From Xylanibacter ruminicola 23 (GTDB lineage Bacteria > Bacteroidota > Bacteroidia > Bacteroidales > Bacteroidaceae), in the NCBI RefSeq assembly GCF_000025925.1, contig NC_014033.1:1050001-1082000 (forward strand): DNA of 32,000 bases, given 5' to 3'. Below the pieces are notes generated by a model. It ran no database searches. It saw only the letters and a program-made list of their open reading frames with translations, and was not told the DNA's origin. Shown piece after piece: positions 8,276 to 16,528 of the stretch; position 1 is the stretch's first letter, and the number at the start of each line of letters is the position of its first letter. The position numbers and the translations under genes were made by a program.

Positions 8276-10720
8276 ATGAAGAAAGCAAAGAAAAAGAACT
8301 CAAACAACGATCATAAAGAGCGCTTGAGCTTTATACTCGGTGCCATCATATTTGGTATTTCTATCTACCTGTGTTTCGCATTCGTGTCATACTTTACAAC
8401 GGGTGCGGCCGACCAAACCCTGATAGAGGAACCGCGTGCCGGTGAGGTGATGAACGAACATCATGAGTTTGCCAACACCTGTGGCTCGTTGGGTGCTTAT
8501 GCATCGTGGTTCTTTATTAAGCACTGCTTTGGCTTGCCGGCATTCCTGATTCCGGTACTGCTGTTCGTGGTTGCTATACACCTGATGAAGGCCTATCGTG
8601 TAAACCTGCTTAAGTGGGCACTCTCTTCGATGCTGCTCATGATTTGGGCATCGGTTGCACTGGCCACATTCCTGGAGCCATTGTTTACCAACGCTAGCTA
8701 CAATCCTGGTGGCGATCACGGTTTGTATATCAGCAGCTTTATTGGCAACTTGGTGGGTGCACCTGGTCTTACAGCCTTGCTTATTCTGGTGGCTGTGGCA
8801 TTCCTCACCTACTTCAGTGCCGCTACAGTTATCTTTATCCGCAAATTGCTTAACCCCGCCATCTATTATAATAAGGTAAAGTTTACCGTTAACAAGGGCG
8901 CTGAGCAGACGGATACTAATGAGTATGAGGACGAGGAAGCCGAGACACTGGTGTTCGACGATCCTGCCAAGCAGGAGGTGATTTTCGACGATAATGGCGG
9001 TGCTGTGGTTATCGACGAGGGCTACCAGAACGAGGATATCAACATTAAGGAAGGTCCGATGCCTAAGCCTGTCAAGCCCGAGCCTAAGCAGCCCGAAGCT
9101 AGTGGTAGCGAGATTGAGATGGTGGTTGAAGAGGCCAAGGGCGATACCGAGACAGCAAATGCCAAGACCGTGGCTGATGCTGTTGAGAGCAACGAACCTT
9201 ACGATCCCAAGCGCGATCTGGAGCACTATAAGTACCCCACCCTCGACCTGCTGAAGAAATACGACAACGATGGCAAACCCTATATCGATATGGCCGAGCA
9301 GAATGCTAATAAGAACCGTATCGTGGATGTGCTGCGCACCTTTGGTGTTGAAATCAGCAGCATTAAGGCTACCGTTGGTCCTACCATCACACTTTACGAG
9401 ATTACATTGGCACAAGGCGTACGTATCCAGAAGGTGAAGAACCTTGAGGATGATATCGCCCTGAGTCTGGCTGCACTCGGCATCCGTATCATCGCTCCTA
9501 TGCCTGGTAAGGGTACGGTGGGTATCGAGGTACCAAATGCCAAGCCTTCAACTGTATCGATGGAGTCGATCCTGAACTCTAAGAAGTTCCAGGAGTCGAA
9601 GATGGAACTGCCTTGTGCTATCGGTAAAACGATTACCAACGAGGTGTTTATGTTCGATTTGGCCAAGGCGCCACACTTGCTGGTGGCTGGTGCTACCGGT
9701 CAGGGTAAGTCGGTTGGTTTGAACGCCATCATTACCTCTTTATTATATAAGAAACACCCAGCCGAGCTGAAGATTGTGCTGGTTGACCCGAAGAAGGTGG
9801 AGTTCAGCTTCTACGAGCCTATCTGCAATCACTTCCTGGCACAGGTGCCCGACGAAGAGGCCGATCCTATTATTACCGACGTAACCAAGGTGGTACGTAC
9901 CTTGAACTCGCTGTGTAAGGAGATGGATACACGTTACGACCTGCTGAAGGTGGCCCGTGCACATAACATCAAGGAGTACAACCAGAAGTTTACAGCTCGT
10001 CAGCTGAATCCTAACAACGGTCACCGTTTCCTGCCATACATTGTGGTTGTGATCGATGAGTTCGGTGATCTGATTATGACTGCCGGTAAGGAGGTTGAGT
10101 TGCCTATCGCACGTATCGCCCAGCTGGCACGTGCCGTGGGTATCCACATGATTATCGCTACCCAGCGTCCAACAACCAATATCATTACCGGTACCATCAA
10201 GGCCAACTTCCCCAGCCGTATCGCCTTTAAGGTTTCGGCAGGTATCGACTCAAAGACCATTCTCGACCGTACAGGTGCTCAGCAGCTGATTGGTCGTGGT
10301 GATATGCTGGCGCTGGTAGGCGGCTCAGAGCCCGAGCGTGTGCAGTGTGCCTTTGTGGATACTCCCGAGGTTGAACGTATCAACGAGTACATCAGTGAGC
10401 AGCAGAGCTACGGTGCACCATTTGAGTTGCCCGAGCCTGATATGCCCGAGGCCGACATGGGTGATGCTGGTGATAGAGATGTGGATATGGCTCATCTCGA
10501 TCCGCTGTTCGACGATGCAGCCCGATTGATTGTTATGAATCAGAGCGGTTCTACATCACTCATACAGCGTAAGTTCGCTATCGGTTACAACCGTGCAGGC
10601 CGACTGATGGACCAGCTCGAGAAAGCCGGTGTGGTTGGTGCCGCTATGGGTTCGAAACCTCGCGAGGTACTGATTCAGGATGAGAATAGTTTGAATAATC
10701 TTTTAAATAGTTTACGATAA
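8276..10720 (+). CDS. ftsK: DNA translocase FtsK/SpoIIIE
   Basis: N-terminal multi-TM region, acidic linker, Walker A LVAGATGQGKSVGLN, Walker B IVVVIDEFGDL, and a C-terminal gamma winged helix (GSTSLIQRKFAIGYNRAGRLMDQLE). The start is taken at the first ATG (MKKAKKK); the track start at 8252 is a TTG overlapping the promoter. Confidence 0.9.
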   Translation: MKKAKKKNSNNDHKERLSFILGAIIFGISIYLCFAFVSYFTTGAADQTLIEEPRAGEVMNEHHEFANTCGSLGAYASWFFIKHCFGLPAFLIPVLLFVVAIHLMKAYRVNLLKWALSSMLLMIWASVALATFLEPLFTNASYNPGGDHGLYISSFIGNLVGAPGLTALLILVAVAFLTYFSAATVIFIRKLLNPAIYYNKVKFTVNKGAEQTDTNEYEDEEAETLVFDDPAKQEVIFDDNGGAVVIDEGYQNEDINIKEGPMPKPVKPEPKQPEASGSEIEMVVEEAKGDTETANAKTVADAVESNEPYDPKRDLEHYKYPTLDLLKKYDNDGKPYIDMAEQNANKNRIVDVLRTFGVEISSIKATVGPTITLYEITLAQGVRIQKVKNLEDDIALSLAALGIRIIAPMPGKGTVGIEVPNAKPSTVSMESILNSKKFQESKMELPCAIGKTITNEVFMFDLAKAPHLLVAGATGQGKSVGLNAIITSLLYKKHPAELKIVLVDPKKVEFSFYEPICNHFLAQVPDEEADPIITDVTKVVRTLNSLCKEMDTRYDLLKVARAHNIKEYNQKFTARQLNPNNGHRFLPYIVVVIDEFGDLIMTAGKEVELPIARIAQLARAVGIHMIIATQRPTTNIITGTIKANFPSRIAFKVSAGIDSKTILDRTGAQQLIGRGDMLALVGGSEPERVQCAFVDTPEVERINEYISEQQSYGAPFELPEPDMPEADMGDAGDRDVDMAHLDPLFDDAARLIVMNQSGSTSLIQRKFAIGYNRAGRLMDQLEKAGVVGAAMGSKPREVLIQDENSLNNLLNSLR

Positions 10721-10722
10721 AA

Positions 10723-11319
10723 ATGAAACGATTAAGCATGATGCTGGTTGCTGCGCTGCTGGCCGTAGGAGGCTATGCGCAGACAGCAAAGAGCGTATTG
10801 GACAAGGCTGCTGCCACCATCACTGCCCCACAGGGCGTAAAAGCAAACTTTAAGATGAGCGCCACCAGTGGTAGCACCAGTGGTACCATCGCCATCAAAG
10901 GTAAGAAGTTTTATGCTACCACACCTCAGGCCACCGTATGGTTCGATGGTAAAACACAGTGGACCTACATGAAGAATAACGATGAGGTGAATGTGAGCAA
11001 TCCTACCGAGGCGCAGTTGCAGGCCATCAATCCCTACAACTTTATCAATCTGTACAAGCGTGGTTATAACTACACTATCAACACGACTGGTAAGGATTAT
11101 GTGGTGCATCTGCTGGCCAACAGCGGTGAGCGCAAAATCAAGGAACTGTTTGTTACCGTTGATAAGAAGAACTATCAGCCCAAGCAGGTAAAGATGTTGC
11201 ATGGTAAGAAGTGGACCACCTTCGATATCAGCAACATTAAGAAGGAGAAGCTGGCCGACGGTCAGTTTCGCTTCAACTCAAAAGACTTCCCCAAAGCCGA
11301 AATCATCGATCTTAGATAA
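10723..11319 (+). CDS. LolA-like periplasmic lipoprotein-carrier family protein
   Basis: 198 aa with signal peptide MKRLSMMLVAALLAVGGYAQ. Size and composition are beta-rich and LolA-like. It sits 2 nt after ftsK, the ftsK-lolA adjacency known from E. coli. Call rests on context and general resemblance only. Confidence 0.55.
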   Translation: MKRLSMMLVAALLAVGGYAQTAKSVLDKAAATITAPQGVKANFKMSATSGSTSGTIAIKGKKFYATTPQATVWFDGKTQWTYMKNNDEVNVSNPTEAQLQAINPYNFINLYKRGYNYTINTTGKDYVVHLLANSGERKIKELFVTVDKKNYQPKQVKMLHGKKWTTFDISNIKKEKLADGQFRFNSKDFPKAEIIDLR

Positions 11320-11335
11320 AAACAAAACTTAAACA

Positions 11336-12820
11336 ATGAACAAATTTCAACTGTACCGACTGCTTCGTAAGAACACTAACCTGAGTTATAAACGTAGTCC
11401 TGCCTTCGAGCAGAATAAATGGGCCAAGCTACTTATTTATTTTGGTGCTGGCATGTTTGCCCTTTACCTTATTATGTATGGTTGCATAGTTGGTATGGCT
11501 GCCAAAGGCGAGGCTGGCATGATGCTGGCGTTTGCGCCTTTTTATATGGCCATCGATTTCCTGCTGCGTTTCATCGTGCAAACCACACCTGGCATGATGG
11601 TTAAACCCTACATTCTGCAGCCCATTTCGCGCTATACCGCCATCGAGTGTTTCTTGATTGGCGAGCACGTGAGTGGCTACAATCTGCTGTGGCTTTGCAT
11701 GTTTGTGCCCTACTCTATCATCCAGCTGTTTGCTGGCGAGAGCTTCGCACTGGTACTGCTCGAGCTGGTAACCTGCGAGCTGCTCATGATCTTGAACAGT
11801 CAGATTTATCTGTTCTTCCGTACACTGATTAATCGCAGCGTGCTGTGGCTTATTCCTGGTTTGGTGTTCTACGCTCTGCCATTTACACCGCTGATGCTGT
11901 CGCCAAAGGCCGACACCTTCGATAAAATGGTAGATATGATTATTGCTCAAGGTTTGTCGTGGTACGCACTGCCTATCGTGCTGCTGGTTATCTGCGGTTT
12001 GTTCTTTGTAAACCGCCACATGCAGTTTATCTTTGTGTACGAGGAAATCTCGAAGAAAACCGAGCGTGCACTCAAGCATGTGTCAGAGTTCGCATTCTTT
12101 AATCGCTTCGGATTGGTTGGTGAATATCTCAAAATCGAGCTTAAGTCGAACATCCGCAATAAAACCATGCGTACACGCTGTATCTATAGTCTGTGTGCCG
12201 TGATTGCTTTCTCGCTGCTGGTGGCTTATACCACTATTTACGACAGCGAGCTGATGCAGAACTTCTGGTGCCTGTACTGTTTTGCCCTTTATGGCGTAAC
12301 TGCCCTGATTAAGATTATGGGTCAGGAAGGCAACTATATCGAGCTGCTGATGATGCACCGCGAAAACATCATCGCCCTGCTGCGTGCCAAGTTCATTTTC
12401 TATAGCGCTGTGCTCATTATTCCATTTGTTATCATGTTGCCTGCCGTTTTCACTGGCAAGTACACCATACTGATGCTGTTTGCTTACATGTTGCTAACGG
12501 CCGGATTCCTGCATTTCGTCATCTTCCAGCTGGCGGTTTACAATAAGCAGACTCTGCCTTTGCAACTCAAGGTAACAGCTAAGGGTAACTTCGAAAATGG
12601 AATGCAGTTGGTCATCGAGTTATTTGCACTTTTTGGTCCTGTGCTCATTACTGGTCTCGGATATTTGTTAGTGGGTCTTACATATACCTATATTTTTATG
12701 TGTATTGTGGGTTTGGCATTCATCATTGCACACCCCATTTGGATTCGCAACATTTACACTAGAATGATGAAAAGAAGGTATGAAAACCTCGAAGGATTCA
12801 TGAATACACGCGATTTCTAG
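11336..12820 (+). CDS. Polytopic inner-membrane protein, function unknown
   Basis: 494-aa ORF made almost entirely of hydrophobic helices (about 10 or more predicted by eye). No catalytic motif recognised. Confidence 0.6.
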   Translation: MNKFQLYRLLRKNTNLSYKRSPAFEQNKWAKLLIYFGAGMFALYLIMYGCIVGMAAKGEAGMMLAFAPFYMAIDFLLRFIVQTTPGMMVKPYILQPISRYTAIECFLIGEHVSGYNLLWLCMFVPYSIIQLFAGESFALVLLELVTCELLMILNSQIYLFFRTLINRSVLWLIPGLVFYALPFTPLMLSPKADTFDKMVDMIIAQGLSWYALPIVLLVICGLFFVNRHMQFIFVYEEISKKTERALKHVSEFAFFNRFGLVGEYLKIELKSNIRNKTMRTRCIYSLCAVIAFSLLVAYTTIYDSELMQNFWCLYCFALYGVTALIKIMGQEGNYIELLMMHRENIIALLRAKFIFYSAVLIIPFVIMLPAVFTGKYTILMLFAYMLLTAGFLHFVIFQLAVYNKQTLPLQLKVTAKGNFENGMQLVIELFALFGPVLITGLGYLLVGLTYTYIFMCIVGLAFIIAHPIWIRNIYTRMMKRRYENLEGFMNTRDF

Positions 12821-12858
12821 GCTTTTTTTGAGTTTTTTGAAAGAAAATCGCGAAAAAG

Positions 12859-12890
12859 TTTGGTGGTTTCAAAAAATAGTCGTACCTTTG
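12859..12890 (+). promoter_or_regulatory. tRNA-Lys promoter: -33 TTTG (12859-12862) and -7 TACCTTTG (12883-12890)
   Basis: 20-nt spacing. It is embedded in a 42-nt block (12851-12892) that is 37/42 identical to the rho promoter block at 2069-2110. Confidence 0.65.
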
Positions 12891-12934
12891 CACCCGCAAT
12901 TCAGCAAGAGAGCTGATACAAAGCAAAAAATGAT

Positions 12935-13007
12935 GCACCCGTAGCTCAGTTGGTAGAGCACCTGACTCTTAATCAGGGTGTCCAGAGTTCGAGCCTCTGC
13001 GGGTGTA
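12935..13007 (+). tRNA. tRNA-Lys (anticodon CTT)
   Basis: Hand-folded cloverleaf: acceptor GCACCCG/CGGGTGT (G1-U72 wobble), D arm GCTC-AGTTGGTA-GAGC, anticodon arm CCTGA-CTCTTAA-TCAGG, T arm CAGAG-TTCGAGC-CTCTG, discriminator A. CCA is not encoded. Confidence 0.9.
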
Positions 13008-13049
13008 CTTTTTGCAAGAAAACAGGCCCTAAAAAGCCACCAAAATGAT

Positions 13050-13122
13050 GCACCCGTAGCTCAGTTGGTAGAGCACCTGACTCTTAATCAGGGTGTCCAG
13101 AGTTCGAGCCTCTGCGGGTGTA
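13050..13122 (+). tRNA. tRNA-Lys (anticodon CTT), second identical copy
   Basis: 73/73 identical to 12935-13007 and shares the AAAATGAT 5' flank. Followed by a hairpin terminator. Confidence 0.9.
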
Positions 13123-13139
13123 CAAGTGAAGAAAAAAGA

Positions 13140-13170
13140 AGCAGACTTTTTAAGTCTGCTCTTTTTGTTT
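13140..13170 (+). terminator. Intrinsic terminator after the tRNA pair
   Basis: AGCAGACTT-ttt-AAGTCTGCT (9-bp stem, 3-nt loop) followed by CTTTTTGTTT. Confidence 0.75.
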
Positions 13171-13306
13171 AGGAACCAGGCACTTATGCCCCAACTCCTA
13201 CTTATGATAAGCCAGTTCGATAATTTTAAGTTATTGTTGAACCCCGCAGTCCATTTGGACAGACTTGGAATTAACTGGAACGGCTTGGACATACCTGGAC
13301 ATTTTT

Positions 13307-13390
13307 TTGTTACCAGTTTTGTTACCGGCCACGAGCGGATTTGTTACCGCTTGTTACCGCTTGTTACCACTGACCTAAAGTTTTGTTACC
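13307..13390 (+). repeat. Six direct TTGTTACC repeats upstream of the integrase gene (candidate arm-type or Xis binding sites)
   Basis: Copies start at 13307, 13319, 13341, 13351, 13361 and 13383, all in the same orientation. The middle three are spaced exactly 10 nt apart. Confidence 0.5.
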
Positions 13391-13423
13391 AGTCTTCCGG
13401 TGGCTGCACAAAAAAACAAAATT

Positions 13424-14569
13424 ATGAAACAACATGTAAGAGTGGTCTTTGACCGCAAGAAGGCCTCGGCCAAGACAGGAACTGGTAAGATTGAACTGTG
13501 TGTTTACCTGAAAGAAGGTGAACGCAAGTGGATCACTGTTGGTACAGCATCGCCAGAGAATTGGATGTCTGTATCAAACTCTCGCAGCATCACCTCAAAG
13601 GTGGAGCACTACGAACAGGTTATTAAAGCCATGGAACTATTGAAGGAGGATATGACAATATCCAACTTCAACCGCTATGTAGAGTTTGAGCAACTGGGAC
13701 TTAATCAAGATAAAGTGCTCTTCAATGGCAATGATTTGCGACAGAGCTTCGTGGAGTTTTGTCGTAAACATATGGAGCAAGAGAATCTGGCTCAGAACTC
13801 TATTAAGGATATCAAGGTCGTTTTAAAAAGTGTTGAAGAGTCTGGATTACTCAATACATTAGCTGATCTAACACCTGCCAATGTCCGAGCTTATGATGCC
13901 TGGCTTAGAAAGCCAAACACCAGAACTGATTATACAATTAATGGGTATCATAAGAAGGTACGCAAGTACACAAAGATTCTTTGGCAACAGGAGATTATTT
14001 CAATTGACCCTTATGACCATGTAAAGTTTCCAAAGGGCACAAATAAGGAGCGTCATCCACTTACTGAGAATGAAATCATCAAGATTCGTGATGCAGAGTT
14101 CTATGGTCGTAAAGACCGCGCAAGAGATTTGTTCGTCTTCATGGCATATACTGGACTTGCTTATTGCGACATGTGCTTGTTTAACTTCAAAACGATGACA
14201 GAATTGCATGATGATTATTATTATATCGACGGTGCTCGTCTGAAGACCGGTTCGAACTTCTTCACTCCTATCCTACCACCTGCTTTGGCCGTGCTCGAAA
14301 AATACGACTTCAAGTTGCCAATTATCAGCAATCAGAAGTTGAATGATTATTTGCATCTCATCCAAGATACATTGGATATTAGAAACGAAGTAACCTGTCA
14401 TATCGGTCGCCACTCGTTTGCTACGCTTATGCTTACTTATGGCATCCCCATCGAGAAAGTAAAGAGAATGCTCGGACACAAGAACATTGCAACGACTCAG
14501 ATCTATGCTAAGATTCTGAAGAAGAATGTAGAGGATAGTGTCAACGAGATTCTCCCTACACTCAGATAA
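13424..14569 (+). CDS. Tyrosine site-specific recombinase (phage integrase, Bacteroidetes type with N-terminal arm-binding domain)
   Basis: The N-terminus VRVVFDRKKASAKTGTGKIELCVYL is typical of the Bacteroidetes integrase arm-binding domain. The C-terminal catalytic region reads HIGRHSFATLML...LGHKNIATTQIYAKI (H-x-x-R ... H ... Y). The start is set at ATG 13424 (the track start is GTG 13400). Confidence 0.9.
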   Translation: MKQHVRVVFDRKKASAKTGTGKIELCVYLKEGERKWITVGTASPENWMSVSNSRSITSKVEHYEQVIKAMELLKEDMTISNFNRYVEFEQLGLNQDKVLFNGNDLRQSFVEFCRKHMEQENLAQNSIKDIKVVLKSVEESGLLNTLADLTPANVRAYDAWLRKPNTRTDYTINGYHKKVRKYTKILWQQEIISIDPYDHVKFPKGTNKERHPLTENEIIKIRDAEFYGRKDRARDLFVFMAYTGLAYCDMCLFNFKTMTELHDDYYYIDGARLKTGSNFFTPILPPALAVLEKYDFKLPIISNQKLNDYLHLIQDTLDIRNEVTCHIGRHSFATLMLTYGIPIEKVKRMLGHKNIATTQIYAKILKKNVEDSVNEILPTLR

Positions 14570-16511
14570 TTCGATAGAATGTACCTTTGAGTAACTGCGA
14601 CTTTCCTGTTGATTCATGGAAAGTCGCTGTTATTTTCTCACAGATATAGCGGCTGCCTTCAATGTAGAAGACGGCTCGCGGATTAGGAATTTCGTCAGCC
14701 AGGAAAGAGAAGCTATACTTCTTCCTGTTGTCGATATTGTAGGTATATTGATATGGGATATTCTGCGCGTCGAGACCTTTCTTGGGCTCCAGTCGCAGTG
14801 AGTACGGGGGCTTTACAGCGGAAAAGTCATCGTCTATCTCCACCTTATCTACAATCGGACGAGGCAACTTTCCTGAGGTGCGGATATTGCCGTCCCAGAA
14901 GGCCACATAAAGCTTGTCGAAATAAGCCTCTGCCTTTTTCTGATCCCCTTTTTCTATGGTCTTTCCGGCCATACTCTGCGCTAAAGCGCCGTCGCCATAT
15001 TCTGTTTCTGTATCGCCTTGCCTATCATCGTCGCGACTTCCTGTAATACCTCGTGTTCGCTGCCCTCCCATCCGGCTGCCATCGCCAGTATCGACGGAAC
15101 CACCTCCAGAGGTATCCTCGTTCCATGTCGTAGCGTTTCCCAGGTCGCCACACTCCAGGAATAAGCACGGACCTAAGGTTTCCTCTGTTTCATCAATCCA
15201 GGCAGGAACCATTTGCAATTCCACTTCTTCTGCATCCTTACTGACGAATAACTTACCAAACTGGTTAATAGGCATCAAACGGTTGTAGTACTTATACCAA
15301 TGATAATCCTGGCCACCGATATGTGTTGTTTCGTATAACTCTGACTTGTAGCAGTACATAATAAAATAGGTATCTACATCCTTGGCATAGAAGAGCTTGT
15401 TACCATCGGAACCAGCCGGATAGCCTCGTGAATAACGCTTATGTGAACCTCCATCTGTGATGTAAATTCCGCTTTCCTTAAGTGTTTTGGCAAAGTTGAG
15501 TAATGCTGTAAGCGTGCTATATTTTAAGGCGCTGTCTTTGTTCTTAGCGATGTACCATTGGCAGCTGCGATAAGGCCAAAGGCGGTTGTCATTGTCTGCA
15601 TAGGCAATGTTTTTCGAAGCGATGTAGTCCGATTTGTCCTCCTGAGCCACGTCCACAGAGTACTTGCTGACGATACGGTCAATTTTCATCGATTTGATGT
15701 TATGAGCAATCTTGTGCGAGAAGTCAAATCTGATAGTGTGGTTCTTATGGTTGATGGTGAACTCACCACCCATCAGCAGCTCCAATTGCTCGAAGAATTC
15801 AGTGAGCGACCAATGCGGCATGGCATCAGCGAAGTTTGCTAGCGACCATGCTGCAGGGAGTGTGTTACAAATAATAAGGTATTTCCAATAACTGTTGTTG
15901 ATGACGTTGAAACTACCTGAATACTTTATGGCGCTGCAGATTTTCTTCAGGATGTACAGCAGATACGGCTGGAATGAGAGATTAGCGAGCTTGCTATCCC
16001 ATTGGAAACTGCCGTCCGAGGCTTTTGTAACGGCGTTCTGAAGATTTCCAGATGTGTTGTTCACCCATGGCAGAGCAACATAATCAACCAATGGATAGCT
16101 TGCTTCCCAAGCTGTTGAAATATCGTAATTCTCAGCACTACGTTCTGATGGTGTGCCAAGATCGAGCTGGTTCAAATAGATATTGTCAAAAGTATCGTTG
16201 AAGTTTTGTTCGCTGCGGCCCTCCAGGAACTGTGTCTTCACTTCTACTTCCGATATTTGTGTGATGGTGATGCAACCAGCTTTATAAAACTGTTTGTCAC
16301 GGATTTCACAGTCGAATACGACCTTGTTCTTCAAAACGTCCTGACGATAAAGGTGCCCGAAGATATCGATGTTCTGCGGGCATCCTTTCAGCGGGAAAGT
16401 GATGGATAGTGTATAGCTGTCAGAGCCTGTAAACAAGGGGTTCTCTGCGATATATTCAAACGATGTGTTCTTTTTGAGATAGGCAATCTTGCCGTTGATA
16501 ATGATTTCCAT
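14562..16511 (-). CDS. Phage tail/baseplate (host-specificity) protein immediately downstream of the tape measure
   Basis: 649-aa ORF beginning 18 nt after the tape-measure stop. It has an internal Gly/Asp/Arg/Thr-rich low-complexity linker (SGGGSVDTGDGSRMGGQRTRG...). Function is inferred from position only. Confidence 0.5.
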   Translation of the reverse strand: MEIIINGKIAYLKKNTSFEYIAENPLFTGSDSYTLSITFPLKGCPQNIDIFGHLYRQDVLKNKVVFDCEIRDKQFYKAGCITITQISEVEVKTQFLEGRSEQNFNDTFDNIYLNQLDLGTPSERSAENYDISTAWEASYPLVDYVALPWVNNTSGNLQNAVTKASDGSFQWDSKLANLSFQPYLLYILKKICSAIKYSGSFNVINNSYWKYLIICNTLPAAWSLANFADAMPHWSLTEFFEQLELLMGGEFTINHKNHTIRFDFSHKIAHNIKSMKIDRIVSKYSVDVAQEDKSDYIASKNIAYADNDNRLWPYRSCQWYIAKNKDSALKYSTLTALLNFAKTLKESGIYITDGGSHKRYSRGYPAGSDGNKLFYAKDVDTYFIMYCYKSELYETTHIGGQDYHWYKYYNRLMPINQFGKLFVSKDAEEVELQMVPAWIDETEETLGPCLFLECGDLGNATTWNEDTSGGGSVDTGDGSRMGGQRTRGITGSRDDDRQGDTETEYGDGALAQSMAGKTIEKGDQKKAEAYFDKLYVAFWDGNIRTSGKLPRPIVDKVEIDDDFSAVKPPYSLRLEPKKGLDAQNIPYQYTYNIDNRKKYSFSFLADEIPNPRAVFYIEGSRYICEKITATFHESTGKSQLLKGTFYRII

Positions 16512-16528
16512 ATTGAAATGCTTATGTT

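Noticed and set aside
8387-9415. 342-aa antisense ORF inside ftsK. Similar long antisense ORFs occur at 6425-7321 (in rlmI), 11429-12079 (in the membrane protein gene), 438-1197 (in the ABC-F gene) and 24683-25171 (in the amidase gene).
   Set aside because: Each lies entirely within a gene that has clear catalytic motifs on the other strand. They have no promoter box and no recognisable motifs, and their composition is not protein-like.
13050-13122. The second tRNA-Lys copy as a partial att duplication created by integration
   Set aside because: The copy is full length and identical, including the 5' acceptor arm and the 5' flank AAAATGAT. It is followed by its own terminator. Integration duplications normally cover only the 3' part, so it is treated as a genuine tandem gene.
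14562-16511. Possible diversity-generating retroelement target (variable repeat at the 3' end of the tail gene)
   Set aside because: No reverse transcriptase gene is present in the window. No template-repeat copy of the tail gene's 3' end is present either.
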